A stretch of 64,000 nt of DNA from Octopus sinensis (taxonomy: Eukaryota), in contig NC_043001.1 in the NCBI RefSeq assembly GCF_006345805.1, forward strand, positions 103,664,001 through 103,728,000. The letters run 5' to 3'. Numbering within the stretch: position 1 is the stretch's first letter; each line of letters begins with the position of its first letter. Shown piece after piece: positions 13,040-26,274 of this stretch. The position numbers and the translations under genes were made by a program. Below the pieces are notes generated by a model. It was not told the DNA's origin. It worked only from the letters and a program-made list of their open reading frames with translations, and did not search any database.

Positions 13040-13213
13040 GATCTCATTCGTCGTTATCGTCGTCGTCATCACCATCATCATCATCATCATGAATATCTTG
13101 TTTTTCACCACCACCACCATCATCACCATCATCATCACCATCATCATCATCAGCATCATCATGAATATCTTGTTTTTCACCACCATCATCAGCATCATCA
13201 TCACTATCATCAC

Positions 13214-13245
<32 letters not shown>

Positions 13246-13830
13246 CTATCATCATCATCATCATCATCATCATCACCATCATCACCATCATCATCACCAT
13301 CATCATCATCACCATCATAATCGCTATCATCACCATCGTCATCACCATCTTCTTGAACATCATCATCACCAGCGGATCTCCGTTTTTAACATTGCGATCG
13401 TCGACCTCATCACCGTCACCATTACCCTTATCGTCAACATCATCATCATCGTCATGGTCATCATCATCAGCTGCAGCAGCTGCAGCCTCAACACGCACTG
13501 CCTCCGCCGTCGGCATCTTATTGTCCTGGTGGCTTCTATTGAGGCTATTTTTGATCAATCATCGTCGACGTCCACGTCTTCGCAAATAATCAACGTCATC
13601 GATATGATCTTAATCATCATCATCACCATCACCATCATCAATATTACGCTCGTTGTCATTTAAATCATCCACACTCTCTTTCCCAACACCATCATCGCTA
13701 TCATTCCATTTATTAGCTTATTATATTTATGGTAACCACCATAATCTCCATATCAACACATTCATCATCATTATTATAATACCTCATCATCATCATCAAC
13801 ATCATCCACCTCCTCCTCCTCATCATCATT
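13040..13830. repeat. Compound (CAT/CAC)n trinucleotide tract with an internal duplication
   Basis: Direct reading; catcatgaatatcttgtttttcaccacca occurs twice (~13086 and ~13158). The poly-I/M/D ORFs come from this tract. Confidence 0.92.
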
Positions 13831-14350
13831 GTTTAACATCCGTTTTCCATGCTGGCATGGGTTGGACGGTTTGACTGAGGACTGGTAAGCCATGAGGCAG
13901 TGCCAGATTCCAATCTGATCAGGCAAGTTTTCTACAGCTGGATGCTCTTCCTAACGCCAACCACTTCGAGAATGTAGTAGGTGCTGTTTACGTGCCACCA
14001 GCACAGGAACCAGTCAGGCGGCACTAGGCTCGACCACGCTCAAATTGTGCTTCTTACGTGCCACCGGCACGGGAGCCAGTTCGGCGGCACTGGTATCGAC
14101 CACACTTGAATGGTGCTTTTTAAGTGTCTCCGGCACGCGAGCCAGTCAGGCGGCACTGGTATCGGCCACGCTCGAATGGTGGTTTTTAAGTGCCTCCGGC
14201 ACGGGTGCCACTCGGCCACGACTATGATTTCACTTGACTCAACAGGTCTTCTCAAGCACAGCATATTGCCAGACAATTGAAGAGTACTTTTAACCGGGCC
14301 AGTTATGCGGCGCTGGCATCGGCCACGGCAACAATCGAGCAGAGCCATCT
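13830..14350 (-). mobile_element. SINE-like retroposon (family F) with an RTE-type (ATG)n tail and an internal 66-bp tandem repeat
   Basis: Reverse strand ends ..ggttggcgttaggaagagcatccagctgtag..ccatgccagcatggaaaacggatgttaaacaatgatgatg; 66-bp units start at 13989, 14055, 14121 and 14187; second copy at ~51885-52150. Confidence 0.8.
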
Positions 14351-14697
14351 ACATGAAGGGGTTTGTGATTTGTCTGCCCTTATACTTGCTATGACTTTGG
14401 TTTATCCTAGCTACTTTGCTACTTACAAGACCAGAGATTGTCTGCCGTTTCTCTGTTTATACAGCAGGCAAGGAGTCCAGTAACGATGAAGGGCAAAGAC
14501 TCAGAAACCATGGTCTACTGGTCTTGCCGACCTGGAGAGGAGTGATTCGCTCGTCGCACGCAGGTTGCGTGTCGTTAACCAGCTGGAAAAAACAAACGTT
14601 TTGCTAGGGTTAAAATGTAGCAACACGGTTCTTTATAGAACAGCCATGTTATAGTGGCAGAAACGTATTTATATATTATCCTTATTATTCTTATTAA

Positions 14698-14731
<34 letters not shown>

Positions 14732-14785
14732 TATATATATTCTATATATATGTATATGTATATATATATATATGTGTGTGTGAGT

Positions 14786-14910
14786 GAAGGCGCATGGCTC
14801 AGTGGTTAGAGCGTCGAGCTTTCGATCGTGAGGTTGCGAGTTCGATTCCCAAACCGGGCTGCGTGTTGTGTTCTTGAATAAGACACTTTATTTCACGTTG
14901 CTCCAGTTAA
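14786..14910 (+). mobile_element. SINE family C head
   Basis: gaaggcgcatggctcagtggttagagcg..gagttcgattccc..agacactttatttcacgttgctccag. Confidence 0.85.
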
Positions 14911-15130
14911 TCGCAGCCACAACTCTGCAGGATGCCCTAGCCTCAAATATTCCATCATTATGTTTTTTTTTGTGATTTCCCTCTGCCTTATGTTATAGGA
15001 CATTTATTTGTGACTGACAATATTCGCTAAACTTCGAGTGCCATGGAACTGCATTACATGAGGAATCCAATTTCATTTCGACTCTTCATAATCTTATGTA
15101 CTCCTACTGAACTTACTATAAAATAAACAA

Positions 15131-15292
15131 GGCGCAACACTGGCTGCGTGATAAGTAGCTTGCTTACCAACCGCATGGTTCCGGGTTCAGTCTCACTGCA
15201 TGACACCTTGGGCAAGTGTCTTCTATTATAGCCTCGGGCCGACCAAAGCGTTGTGAGTGGATTTCGTAGTCGGAAACTGAAAGAAGCTCGTC

Positions 15293-15331
<39 letters not shown>

Positions 15332-15507
15332 TGTATTTGTTTGTGTGTCTGTGTTTGTCCCCCCAACATCGCTTGACCGATGCTGGTGTGTTTACGTTCC
15401 TATACGAGGTTTACAAAGAATAAATCCTGGGGTCGATTTACTCGACTAAAGGGTGTTCTCCAGCATGGCCGCAGTCAAATGACTGAAACAAATAAAAGAA
15501 TAAAAGA
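15131..15507 (+). mobile_element. SINE family A, internally deleted
   Basis: Head, ccttgggcaagtgtc and tail cagcatggccgcagtcaaatgactgaaacaaataaaag. Confidence 0.9.
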
Positions 15508-15577
15508 CCAAAAGCCACTCGGTGTCCTACCAATGCATTTTTCACAAATTTGGTCATCAGATTCGCTTCTACACAGT

Positions 15578-15812
15578 TCTTATTTCTTTACTGCCCACAA
15601 GGGGCCATACACAGAGACGACGAACAAGGACAGATAAACGGATTAAATCGATTATATCGTCCCGAGTGCGTAACTGGTACTTATTTAATCGACCCCGAAA
15701 GGATGAAAGGCAAAGTCGACCTCGGCGGAATTTGAACTCAGAACGTAGCAGCAGACGAAATACCGCTATGCATTTTACCCGGCGTGCTAACGTTTCTGCC
15801 AGTTCGCGCCTT
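15578..15812 (-). mobile_element. SINE family B
   Basis: Family consensus motifs on the reverse strand. Confidence 0.9.
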
Positions 15813-16301
15813 ATACCGTTCTGGTTAATGTTAACGGCTACTTCTCAACCTATCATTTCAAAATCCCACAAGGCTACATAATAATTATTTGTAACAAAGA
15901 CATCGGCAGTGAGAGCCATAACCAGACTCAACCTTCGTACCCTACACATCGTCGAACAATCACTAACAACTCGTGCGTTCTGCTTTAAACGACAGTTAAA
16001 TTAGATCGTGCTTTCTTGAAACGCAAAGAACTTTTGGTATAATTTGTCTGCGAGGAAAATAACATAATCAAGGCTGGTCTGTTCCATTAAAGGGCTCATC
16101 TTGAGATCATGTACCACTAACAACAACAACAATTGTCTCTAAAGCAATATGTATGATAAGCATGGTTTGATTATTTACTTTTAAAATAGGTGAGAAACTT
16201 ACCTAAAGCTTGGGTAAAAATAAACTTCAGCGATTTTTCTGAAAATAAATGAAAGAAAAAAATTAAAACCTAATGAACCCAATGAATAAAACAAATAATA
16301 T

Positions 16302-16345
<44 letters not shown>

Positions 16346-16394
16346 TTATATATATATATACATCATAAATACATACATATAATTAGCATACACA

Positions 16395-16609
16395 CAGGGT
16401 TGGTCAGAACCATTTAATTCCGAGATAAAAACAAAAAAAAAATATTTTATAAGAGACTCCGCCAATAAATAAACAAATGTTGAAGAACGGTGATTTTAAC
16501 TCACAGCATTCAATTATTAAACATTCCTAATTGGAATCAATAAATAAAATGGAATTTTAAGTAAAAATGGAATTTTGATTTACTAACGGGTGACTTTTGG
16601 CCAACCCTG
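16395..16609. mobile_element. Tc1/mariner-type MITE
   Basis: Terminal inverted repeats cagggttggtcagaa / ttttggccaaccctg; AT-rich interior; no ORF; TA target duplication not intact. Confidence 0.7.
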
Positions 16610-16643
16610 TGCATAGACATATACATATACATACTCATATATG

Positions 16644-16677
<34 letters not shown>

Positions 16678-16701
16678 TGTATATATATATGTGTGTATAT
16701 A

Positions 16702-16733
<32 letters not shown>

Positions 16734-17059
16734 CATAATATATATGTATATTTTCTACTGCATCAAAGTAAAAGCCAAAAACTTAACATAAAACTAAACA
16801 TCAACTTCTTTATAGCATATGCAGATGTGTGTGTATGTGTGTATCTATGTGTATGTGTGTATCTATGTGTCTGTGTCTGTGAGTGTGTGTTTCTGGGCAT
16901 GTGTTTGTATGCACATATCAATGCATATATATATATAAGTTTATGTACATGTATATATGCATGTATGTATGTATGTATATTCTGATCAATGCAGAAATCA
17001 TCCCACTGTCTTCTAATTCTCTTAATAAATATTCTGCTTGGGCTTGTAAATTTAGTCTT

Positions 17060-17500
17060 TACTTGCAGCCAAAAATACCCACAGAAATGGCAAGTACATG
17101 AAAGATCTTACGGATCAACTCAGCTTTGATGCTACTAAAACAACGTTTTTGAACGGAACAAGGGAGGTCTTTAGACATATCACTTATCCCCGTGTCAAAT
17201 TCCACATTTGCACATACGAGCTGGCTGTCATTAACCTAGAAGAACTGGATTAATGGCATCAGAAACTAATGTGACTACAATCCTTTTGACGGTATCACAA
17301 GGTTGCCTCATGAACTAAGTACTAACCGCAAAATGATAACCTGCCAATCTAGACTGGTATATTTACCATAAAAGAGCTTCAAGAATGCCTAAAATTGTTA
17401 AGAAACAGAAAGACTACAGATTCAGCTCAACATCCCAGCAATCATTCCCCACAAACGTCTGATAGACCTCTATAACGAGACCTATTCAAACATCAAAAGG
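17060..17500 (+). mobile_element. Degenerate LINE ORF2 fragment (linker just upstream of RT)
   Basis: Translation at ~17358-17425, IFTIKELQECLKLLRNRKTTDS, resembles the FT..EL..AL..LK..K..G.D pre-RT motif; stops and frameshifts flank it. Confidence 0.6.
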
Positions 17501-17833
17501 AACCGTGATAAATGCGTGTTCCACTTGACATGTGGCCTTTTCAGTACCATCGCACACTCACCTGGATACGGTGAAGCTATTGTTCTATATGATATAGCTA
17601 TTTTTCTAGCTTGTCGGTTCAGATATAAAAATACCAGCTTCTTTGAGCTGAGCATAGTAAGGATTTATTTCAACAATTTGTTGTTGACATGTATGTCAAT
17701 ATTGACTGATGAAAGAAAGCTAAGAATGACCAGCCTTCTTTTTGCCTGTCCTTCTAATTGTTGTTTCTCTTGTCTGCCTTTGTATCGTCTATCTGTCCGA
17801 ACGTTTTAATGCTCTCTATTGCGTTTTTGTTCC

Positions 17834-17908
<75 letters not shown>

Positions 17909-19001
17909 CATACATACATACATACATACATGCATGCATACATACACACATACATACATATGCCCACACACGCACACTCTGTGTATGTATACCCAAATTA
18001 TGTATTTGTATACGCGTGTGTGTGTGTGTGATATTAGTATGTATAGACACATGTATAGGCATGTATTCAATATAAGATATATGTTCTTGAGCTTGTGTGA
18101 TTGTGTCTAAGTGTGTAAGTGACCATGTGTGCGTGCGTGTGTGTGTTGAGAGATTTCAAGAATATTTCATAACCGAATAAACAATACCGGCATGCAATGC
18201 AACAAAAGAATGATTCGTGATAATATAAATCAAAGCGCAGGTTTCTGCAAGAATTCTTCGCAGTCAGAAGGACTGACAGTTTGATGTAAGAATACGGGTA
18301 GGAATAAGGCGTGGGTATCTCCATTAAGATTCCGAAGATGCCAGCTTTAAAGAAATCTCTATGATTCAATATCACGAAATGAAGACGCATCTTTTCATGG
18401 AAGTTTCTGTTTTCAATATTTTCAATCTTAAAAATTCCAGATTTCGAAAAGAAAGCTTCAGTCTTATTTGTTCCACTGGCGACTCTATTATTAATAATTA
18501 GTGATACGTATAAAACTGATGATTTTCATATTCTTTGGATTCTTCGTGACATCATGGCGAAGTTTTTCATTGTAAACTTTGCTGTTCTCATTCGTGATTT
18601 TCTAAATACTTGAACATTTCTTTATTAATAAATACTCATGGAAAAACATGCTTAGAAATATTCATGAATATTTTATTACTAAATCTGTTAAGTCAGGATT
18701 ATACAAGAATTTTCACAGTATCGCTAAAAAACTTGGATCATGTATCTTCGGTTCGGAGCCGAAAATCTTTCGGGTCATCCGTCTGTTTTCGAAGAAATTG
18801 AGAACCAGTCAAGTACTGGAATCAATTTAATCGACAGACCCCTGCACTGAAAGGTATGATCCTATGCCCATAATATGTACGTGTGTATAGGTGTGTGCAT
18901 GTGTATGTGTATGTGCTGGTGCGATGTGTATAGATGTGTTTCTGTGAGTGTCTGTGTGTGATTTTTGTTGTTGTTGTTGTTGTTGTGTTTTATATACCAA
19001 T

Positions 19002-19301
19002 AAGGCAGAAATATAGACGTCACTAAAGGGACAAAGGGTTCCACACAGCACCAGCATTGCTAGAAATAAGTGTCAAAACAACTCAATAACCACAGAAACA
19101 CTATCTTAATGTCTGACAAGGGAGGCAAACTCCCTACAGCTGCAGATATAGCCAGAGCATCGAGGATTTCGCATTTTAATTCTTACGTATTCTTAATGCT
19201 CATCGGTGGCTCTCTCACCGCGCCTCGGGTTAAACTCAGCTCGCCTTGTCAACTTATAAGATCTACTTTTCTCACATTAGTGACGTATATATTTCTGCCT
19301 T
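19002..19301. mobile_element. ~300-bp element with 25-bp terminal inverted repeats and an internal hammerhead-like relic
   Basis: aaggcagaaatatagacgtcactaa / ttagtgacgtatatatttctgcctt; internal ctgacaa-gggag-gcaaa-ctccc-tacagctg at 19113-19142. Confidence 0.55.
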
Positions 19302-19384
19302 TAGGCTGTAAGATTGCGAATTAGCCACTCATATTATAGTATATTATATATACATACATAGAAACATACAAACATACATACACA

Positions 19385-19435
<51 letters not shown>

Positions 19436-19439
19436 GTAG

Positions 19440-19617
19440 TTGACATTTACAGAAAATCAAAAGATGAAGACAGGTGTGTAAAGATGAAGCAGGTGTATTC
19501 GTTTGACGCTCGGGAAGGTGAGAAAGTCATTTCCGTTTCGAGACAGAAAGGAACACCAGAAAATAAACAAAGAGAGAATAAAAGAACTTTTGGAGTTAGC
19601 AGTCAATCATGGCGACT
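19440..19617 (-). mobile_element. Penelope-like pLTR-derived short element (family of 51600-51810), hammerhead core deleted
   Basis: Reverse strand: gtcgccatgattgactgctaac..ctcgaaacgg..cccgagcgtcaaacgaatac..gtcttcatcttttg, paralleling 51600-51810. Confidence 0.6.
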
Positions 19618-20024
19618 TTTTATGTGTGTATGTGTGTGTGTGCGTGCATGCGTACGTGTGTGTGTGTGTGCGTGTGTGTGCGTGTGTGTATTCATATTAT
19701 TGTTTAGGCCTACACCAATCCCGACTGAGAGGGTCTTTGATGAACAGCCTTGTATTCGCCTCCATCCCTGTCTACGTGTATCTAGGACTGCATATCCTGA
19801 AGCGTCCTGGTTTATGACCTCAGAGAGACTTGGCTATTTCTGGCCGCGTTAAAACTCCAATATTCCCTGACTTTGTCTCTATGCTGTTCGTTATAGCTGA
19901 ATTGGCTGCTATGATTACAACGGTAACATAAATACATTTCGTGTATATAGGCGCAGGCGTGGTGGTGTGGTAAGAAGCTTGCTTCCGGATGGCACCTTGA
20001 CCAAGTGTTTTCTACTATAGCATC

Positions 20025-20416
20025 GCGTACCGCCTTCAGTCGAACAAATCGACCCGACGACTTATTTCTTTAAGCTTAGTACTTATTCTATCAGAATCTT
20101 TTGCCGAACCACTAACCTACGGGGACGTAAACACACCTACATCAGCTGTCAAATGATGGTTGGGTGGGGGTCAAAAACACACATACACACATGTACATAT
20201 ATATATATAAAATTAAATAAGGGTAGAAATTATTATAAATCAATTAAAACCAGTGGCCTAGCATATTTTTAAAAAGTCCGATTAAAAATTATTTTTACAC
20301 TTTGTTTTTTTGCTGAATTTTTTCTTGAGAACACTTCTTCGTGGAAAATGGCGATTTTGCCGTCTATATCTAGCATATAGACTGTCCACTTTTAGTGGTC
20401 AGTCCTCTAAACTTTG

Positions 20417-20462
<46 letters not shown>

Positions 20463-20627
20463 TTCCGTCTACCAAATCCACTCGCAAGTCGTAGGTCAAT
20501 CCGAGGCTATAATTGAAGACACTCGCCCATGGTGTCACGCACGCAGTGGGACTGAACCCAGAATTCTGTGGTTGGAAAGCAAGCTTCTTACCACACAGCC
20601 ATACTGCGCAAAACTTTCATCTCTGAT
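20025..20627 (-). mobile_element. SINE family A interrupted by another repeat (~20210-20400) and (TA)n
   Basis: Body at 20025-20180 and head at 20455-20627 match family A; a separate plus-strand head fragment lies at 19950-20020. Confidence 0.8.
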
Positions 20628-21223
20628 ACCAATTTACGGCAAGACGCTCCGATACGTATTTACGGCAAGAAGGACTGCGTTCGCTGTTCAGAAAAGAGGT
20701 GAATGACCCAGCTACAGAGAGAAAGCGTGACTGTTAACGAGACGAGAACGCTTATACCAACCTCGTTATCAAATATAACCAACCATGACATAAATTACCC
20801 TGCGCAGTAGAACACCATTAGAATTCTTCTACAGACAAGCAGAAATCATCGATTTTTTTACTAACCACATGATGTCGAATGCACGAGCCAAGCAACTGAC
20901 AGCCATTTAATGTGTTCCGACTTATGTTCATCATCCCCAAACTAATGCAAGTTAATTTCCAGCATCACAGACCTGATATCGCATCGGCAACAAACCATCA
21001 GATTAATATGTCAGTTCTATAATTAGGTTCTCTCGGAACTCGCCTTCTTTCTCAGTTATCTTTGGCCAACACTGAACACGGGTAGAGAGGAAAGAAGCGG
21101 ACGGAAAAACAAAAACAAAATTCGAAAATATAAGAAGAGCAGGGAAAAGAAATAAATGGAAGATAGCAATTTAACGAAATAAAACATAATTGGAGATTGT
21201 GTTGTAACTATGTGTGGACGTCG

Positions 21224-21274
<51 letters not shown>

Positions 21275-21340
21275 GAATATGTATGTATATATCTGTGTGT
21301 GTGCGTTTGTGTGTATTATGCATATATGTAAATATATTCG

Positions 21341-21408
<68 letters not shown>

Positions 21409-23439
21409 ATACAAATATACACATGTATATAATCATGCATATTGTGTGTGCATGCATATACACATATATATATAAATATACACACACCAATATATATATA
21501 TACACATTTTCATATTCCTTTTACTAACAAATGAATGAACTCGATGCATAAAAGAGAGTATATATGTTTATATTAGTTGTGAAGTAAGCTTTATAACTAA
21601 TAATAATCATAATAATAATAATAATAATAAGAAGAAGAATATGGTAGAGAAAGAGGGAGAGTTAGACAGAGGAACGGTGATAGAGAGATTGAAAGATGAT
21701 TATACATACACATATGCATGTAGATATATATATATATGTGGGGGGGGCTGTGTGCCAATGTTTATAAATACATGTATATGTATACACATGAATAGATATG
21801 GATGTACAAACAGTTATACATATGCATGTGTGTATACATATGTATATGTATATACATACGTGTATACGTGTGTATAATATATGTATGTATGTATTTGTGT
21901 ATGTATGTAGACAATTGGCAGGTGTAAAATTCGCTATCAATTGAAGGCAGTGATTTAATAGAAGTTAGTGTGTCAGTTTGTTTATGTGTTCGTGCGAATT
22001 CGCTGGTTGGTCGGCATGTTTTGGGAACAGCATAGGAAGGCGGACAAGTCTAATTTGACCGACAGGTAGAATGGATGAAGAGAAACAGCAATTAATCAGG
22101 TAAGAATATTTGTTCGTGAAATTTTGATTAATTTGTGAAAAAGAATTGTTTCTTTTACTGATGTCAGAGTACAGACTTATGAGTGAAATATTTAATGCAT
22201 TTAATTAAGTTAATTATCATATTGTTCCGGTGGGTGGTGTAGGGTTTAGTGCGCGGTATAGAAGAGTTATAATGGATATCATGAGTTTGTTGTTATGTAT
22301 TGTAGGTGGACAATGGAATAGGCCGTCTAGTGTCTCCTGGTAGGAATTAGTGTTAAGAGAAGAGAGAAAAGCATTAAACGGGAAAATATTATGTCGCCAA
22401 TTTATGTATGCATGTTCGTTAGAATTGCACCTGTGTGTGCATATATATGTGTGTAGTTAAGTACACACACACAGGAGCTTAACACATGCAAACACACATA
22501 TGCGTGCAATGGATAAAAACATGTAACAAATATAAAACAAGACTCTAGCATTCGACAGCTATTTTGCTAAGGAATCTGGTAGTTTCAACGCGGTGAGATA
22601 GACCTGCTGCTTCAGTAGCGACTTAGGAGATGCAACAAAGGAGAAGCAAAGACACGGGAAGTAGTGTAAAAACTAGTAACCACATCAAAAACAAAGATTA
22701 AAAAACAATGTGTCCTCTTACGGTGAAGTCAAATAAAAGAACTATTTTTGGCTTGTATAAAGCATTTATGAATCATGTTAAAAATACGATGAAACAAAGC
22801 CCCAAATAATAGAGCATCAAGTACGATGTGGAAGTAAAAACACGATTAATGTTTACGCGACCCTCTTTAGAAATAAAGATGATAGATGTATGCAAATTCT
22901 CGGTTGAAGAATTAAAACAAATGAGAGAGATTTGTGGTCAGAGCAGAAGGAGGAATTGATAAAATAATGTTGGAAGTGAGTTCGAAATCTATGTAGATTG
23001 TGTGGGCATAATAAAGAAGAAAATACGAAGAAAAACAGGGAAAAAGACGCAGAGAGAGAAAAGAGAAGACAAAAAGACAAAGAATCAGTGAGTGAAAGAA
23101 CGTGTCAATGCATTACGGTCGTTTCTAACGACTCCTTTAATTGATTGACGGAAACGTTACATCGTTGTAAAGAAAGCGGTTTCATCAGATGCATTCATGA
23201 ACTTCAAAATAAAGGACATTCGAAATGATTTAACATAGTTTAAAACCCATGCAGCAAAAAAACCATTTACAGTGATTCTGCTATTATTTCATTTGGTAGA
23301 ATTCTGTCAACCACTAATAATGCATAAATTGAATATGCAACAATATGCGATCAGTACGATCGAAACACGTGTCGGAGAAATATTATGAAGAAGCCATCTG
23401 GAAATGAACATAAAGTTTGAATGTTCAGATTCTTCATTC

Positions 23440-23610
23440 TCCTTGTTATCAATATATATCGGTCCACAACACCGCAGGAGGCACAAAGAAGAGGAGCTCC
23501 GTCCAATTCACTTCTTCACCAAAAACAATACCAAAAGGAGACCCCAAAACACCGGAAGGCGGTGTTTCAGCATGGCCCCAGCCTGAAACCAGTAAACGGA
23601 TAAAAGGATA
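23440..23610 (+). mobile_element. CR1-group LINE extreme 3' end
   Basis: Translation TPQEAQRRGAPSNSLLHQ resembles the CR1-group ORF2 C-terminal R.A.SNSLL.Q motif; tail aaggcggtgtttcagcatggccccagcctgaaaccagtaaa. Confidence 0.6.
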
Positions 23611-23630
23611 TATATATTTATGAAGATTCA

Positions 23631-23676
<46 letters not shown>

Positions 23677-23734
23677 GTAAAAAGTTAAAAAGAGTCAAAA
23701 GGAAGAGTAAGACTGGTTAAGCAGCTTTTTAATG

Positions 23735-23862
23735 ATCACTACAAATGCTTCGATACATACAGATCCACGTATATGCAGGATTTAAATTTCAATTCAAATT
23801 TAAATTAAATTATGTAAGAATTTACCTGTATAAGAAGATCCATATGTATCTCCTCAGGCGAT
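23735..23862 (-). ncRNA. Type I hammerhead ribozyme motif, A15.1G variant, long helix II
   Basis: AUCGC-CUGAGGA-[GAUACAUAUGGAUC..GAUCUGUAUGUAUC]-GAAGC-AUUU-GUA/GUGAU. Confidence 0.55.
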
Positions 23863-23934
23863 ATTTATTTTCAAAGGAGTCATGGATGTTGTAGCATGAA
23901 AATCTAGATTTACTTATGGAGACAGCAATTAAAT

Positions 23935-24050
23935 GTCGCCTGATGAGATCTATATGGATCTTGTTATACAGGTAAATTGTTACATAACGTAATTTAAATT
24001 TAAATCCTGTATATACGTTAATCTGTATGTATCGAAACATTTGTAGTGAT
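23935..24050 (+). ncRNA. Type I hammerhead ribozyme motif, canonical core, 87-nt helix II
   Basis: Helix I GUCGC/GUGAU; CUGAUGA 23940-23946; helix II 23947-24033 closed by G-C; GAAAC 24034-24038; GUA, predicted cleavage after 24045. Confidence 0.75.
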
Positions 24051-24456
24051 TATTAAAAAACTGCCTAACCGTTCTTACTCTTCCTTTCGACTCTTTTACT
24101 TTTTACTTTTCATTTTCACACACGAGGAATACCGAAGACTAGAATTGGTAGCATACCATAAGAATACTACCGGCTAATTGGGAATTCTAAGAGTGAACGA
24201 GCTCTATTTTTCCCTAATACGTTCTTAACAGAACACACCTCAACTGATTATACTTCCAATATAAGGATAAAAATTTATTAAAAAATTTTATCAGTGACCG
24301 GCATATAAAAATACCTTGTAACGTGAAAATTATACAATTATAAATAAGGGCAAAATGAAAAAAAGATTGTTTGCCAATATTCTGAAAACTAGACGCTATA
24401 TCGTCTAGCCACATAAAGTATTTTCACATAAACTATATATATATATATATATATAT

Positions 24457-24529
<73 letters not shown>

Positions 24530-24767
24530 ACTACACGGGAAAAAGATATGGGGAAAGTAAGGAGAAAAAAAGCGAAAATGCACATTGAATATAAAAAAAT
24601 AAAGGCTTTTTTATGAAAAGTAGCAATAAATAAATGCAATTAGATGAACTGAGGTAGAATTAAGAGGAATTAAATTCATTATTTTGATTGTTAAAGAGAT
24701 TCAAAGTCAAACCGGTATCGCCATTGCTGTTTACTATATATATAAATACATATATATTTATAAAGAT

Positions 24768-24807
<40 letters not shown>

Positions 24808-26274
24808 GATTAGATGAATACATGCAGATGTAAGTCTGGATATATAAATCAATTACGAAAAAGTTTGCTGTCAATGAAAATGTTATTCTACAAATCCCTC
24901 TTTCCTTGAGACGTAGAGATAGGTAGTATATTATATACATACACAAACACACATGCGCACACTCACGCACACACACACGTATATGCACATAAATAAAAAA
25001 ATACTTTATCAAATTATAAGCGGAGACGGGGTAAAGCAACAAACACAATGTGTTATGTTGACACTCATGAAATGGTAAAGAGAAGGAAATATCTCTGCGC
25101 TTCACGTGCACACTCCTCTGCAAGAATGCATGGACAAGGAGAAAGAAAATGGAGAAAAAGAAACGCACTTGTATACAATCAACGCCGTATGTGTGTATGT
25201 GTTTGCACATGCATGCACAAGTGTGTGTGTGCATTTTGGCAACAAAGTGAATAGCTTTACATTCAATAAAAGCAATATAAATTTATATGGTGATGCGTAC
25301 AATAAAATAGGCTTATGTATAAAAAAATATTAATGAATGGATAGATAAAGGATTGAGTGATAGAATGAATGAATGAATGAATAAATAAATGAATGAAGAA
25401 TGTAGGTGAGAGGTATTTAGATTAACGAACAGAGATAGATGTTAAAAAAACACATGATGGAGAAATGGAAGTGTTGGGCGGGGAGGAGGATGTCACAGAA
25501 AAATCTCGAAATCATTTCTTATATACAACACAAGCTTCAGAGATTTCAGATATTTTCAAAAGTCGACACTTATTAGATCTGCTACTAAGAGTAATCAAGT
25601 AATGAAGCCAAGTACGTGTGAGTGTGTGTGTATGAACACACACATATGTGTGTGTGTGTGTCTGTGCGAGTGTGTGTGTGCGTGTGTGTCTGTATGTGTG
25701 TGTGTTTGTCTGTGCGCGTGCGTATGGTGTATGTATGAGTCCTGGTTGTTTTTTTCTCTCTACAAAGTAGAAAGTTGCATTTTGGAAGTCATTTTAACGA
25801 GGTTTTTTTTTATATATATGAGAGCAGTTTACTGAGCACATGGCGATTCCTACTTAGTCACATTCTGAACCAAAGAATTGGCAATTAACTTACATTTATA
25901 AATACAACCCAATTTTCGAGAAGGAGGCCGACCTGATTTTGAACATATTTAAAAATTGTAAATGTTGACCGAGTTTTACCAAAACGGGGTGACGGGGTCG
26001 AAACTACAAATGCTATCATTTTGCCAATGTTGAAGAAGCCATTCCGATGTCGTAATTTGATGTTCTTCATCCTGAGTGGAATCCAACAAAACACATCACA
26101 CCATAAAATAAGTGATCCATCAAAGTTACCCCTTGCTCACCCAAATATTGGATCAGGGAAAATTTAAAAGCTACACAAACCTCAGCTGGTTATCTCCTAT
26201 TCTGCCAAATCGGCCAACGTAGGAAATATAAAAGAAGAACATCGCTTTCTTCTCCAGTAATATAAACATTTGGG

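Larger units (their letters stand above)
23672..24113. repeat. Foldback element: two inverted ~180-190-bp copies of a hammerhead-bearing unit with a 72-bp spacer
   Basis: 23672-23862 aligns to the reverse complement of 23935-24113. Confidence 0.9.

Noticed and set aside
13010-13589. 182-190 aa ORFs
   Set aside because: They come from the (CAT)n tract, are open on both strands and are low complexity.
15510-15562. Minus-strand CUGAUGA..GAAA as a hammerhead
   Set aside because: A15.1-U16.1 cannot form and there is no helix I complementarity.
17700-17740. ctgatgaaagaaagc hammerhead candidate
   Set aside because: No downstream GAAAN/UH or helix I; at most an unrecognisable relic.
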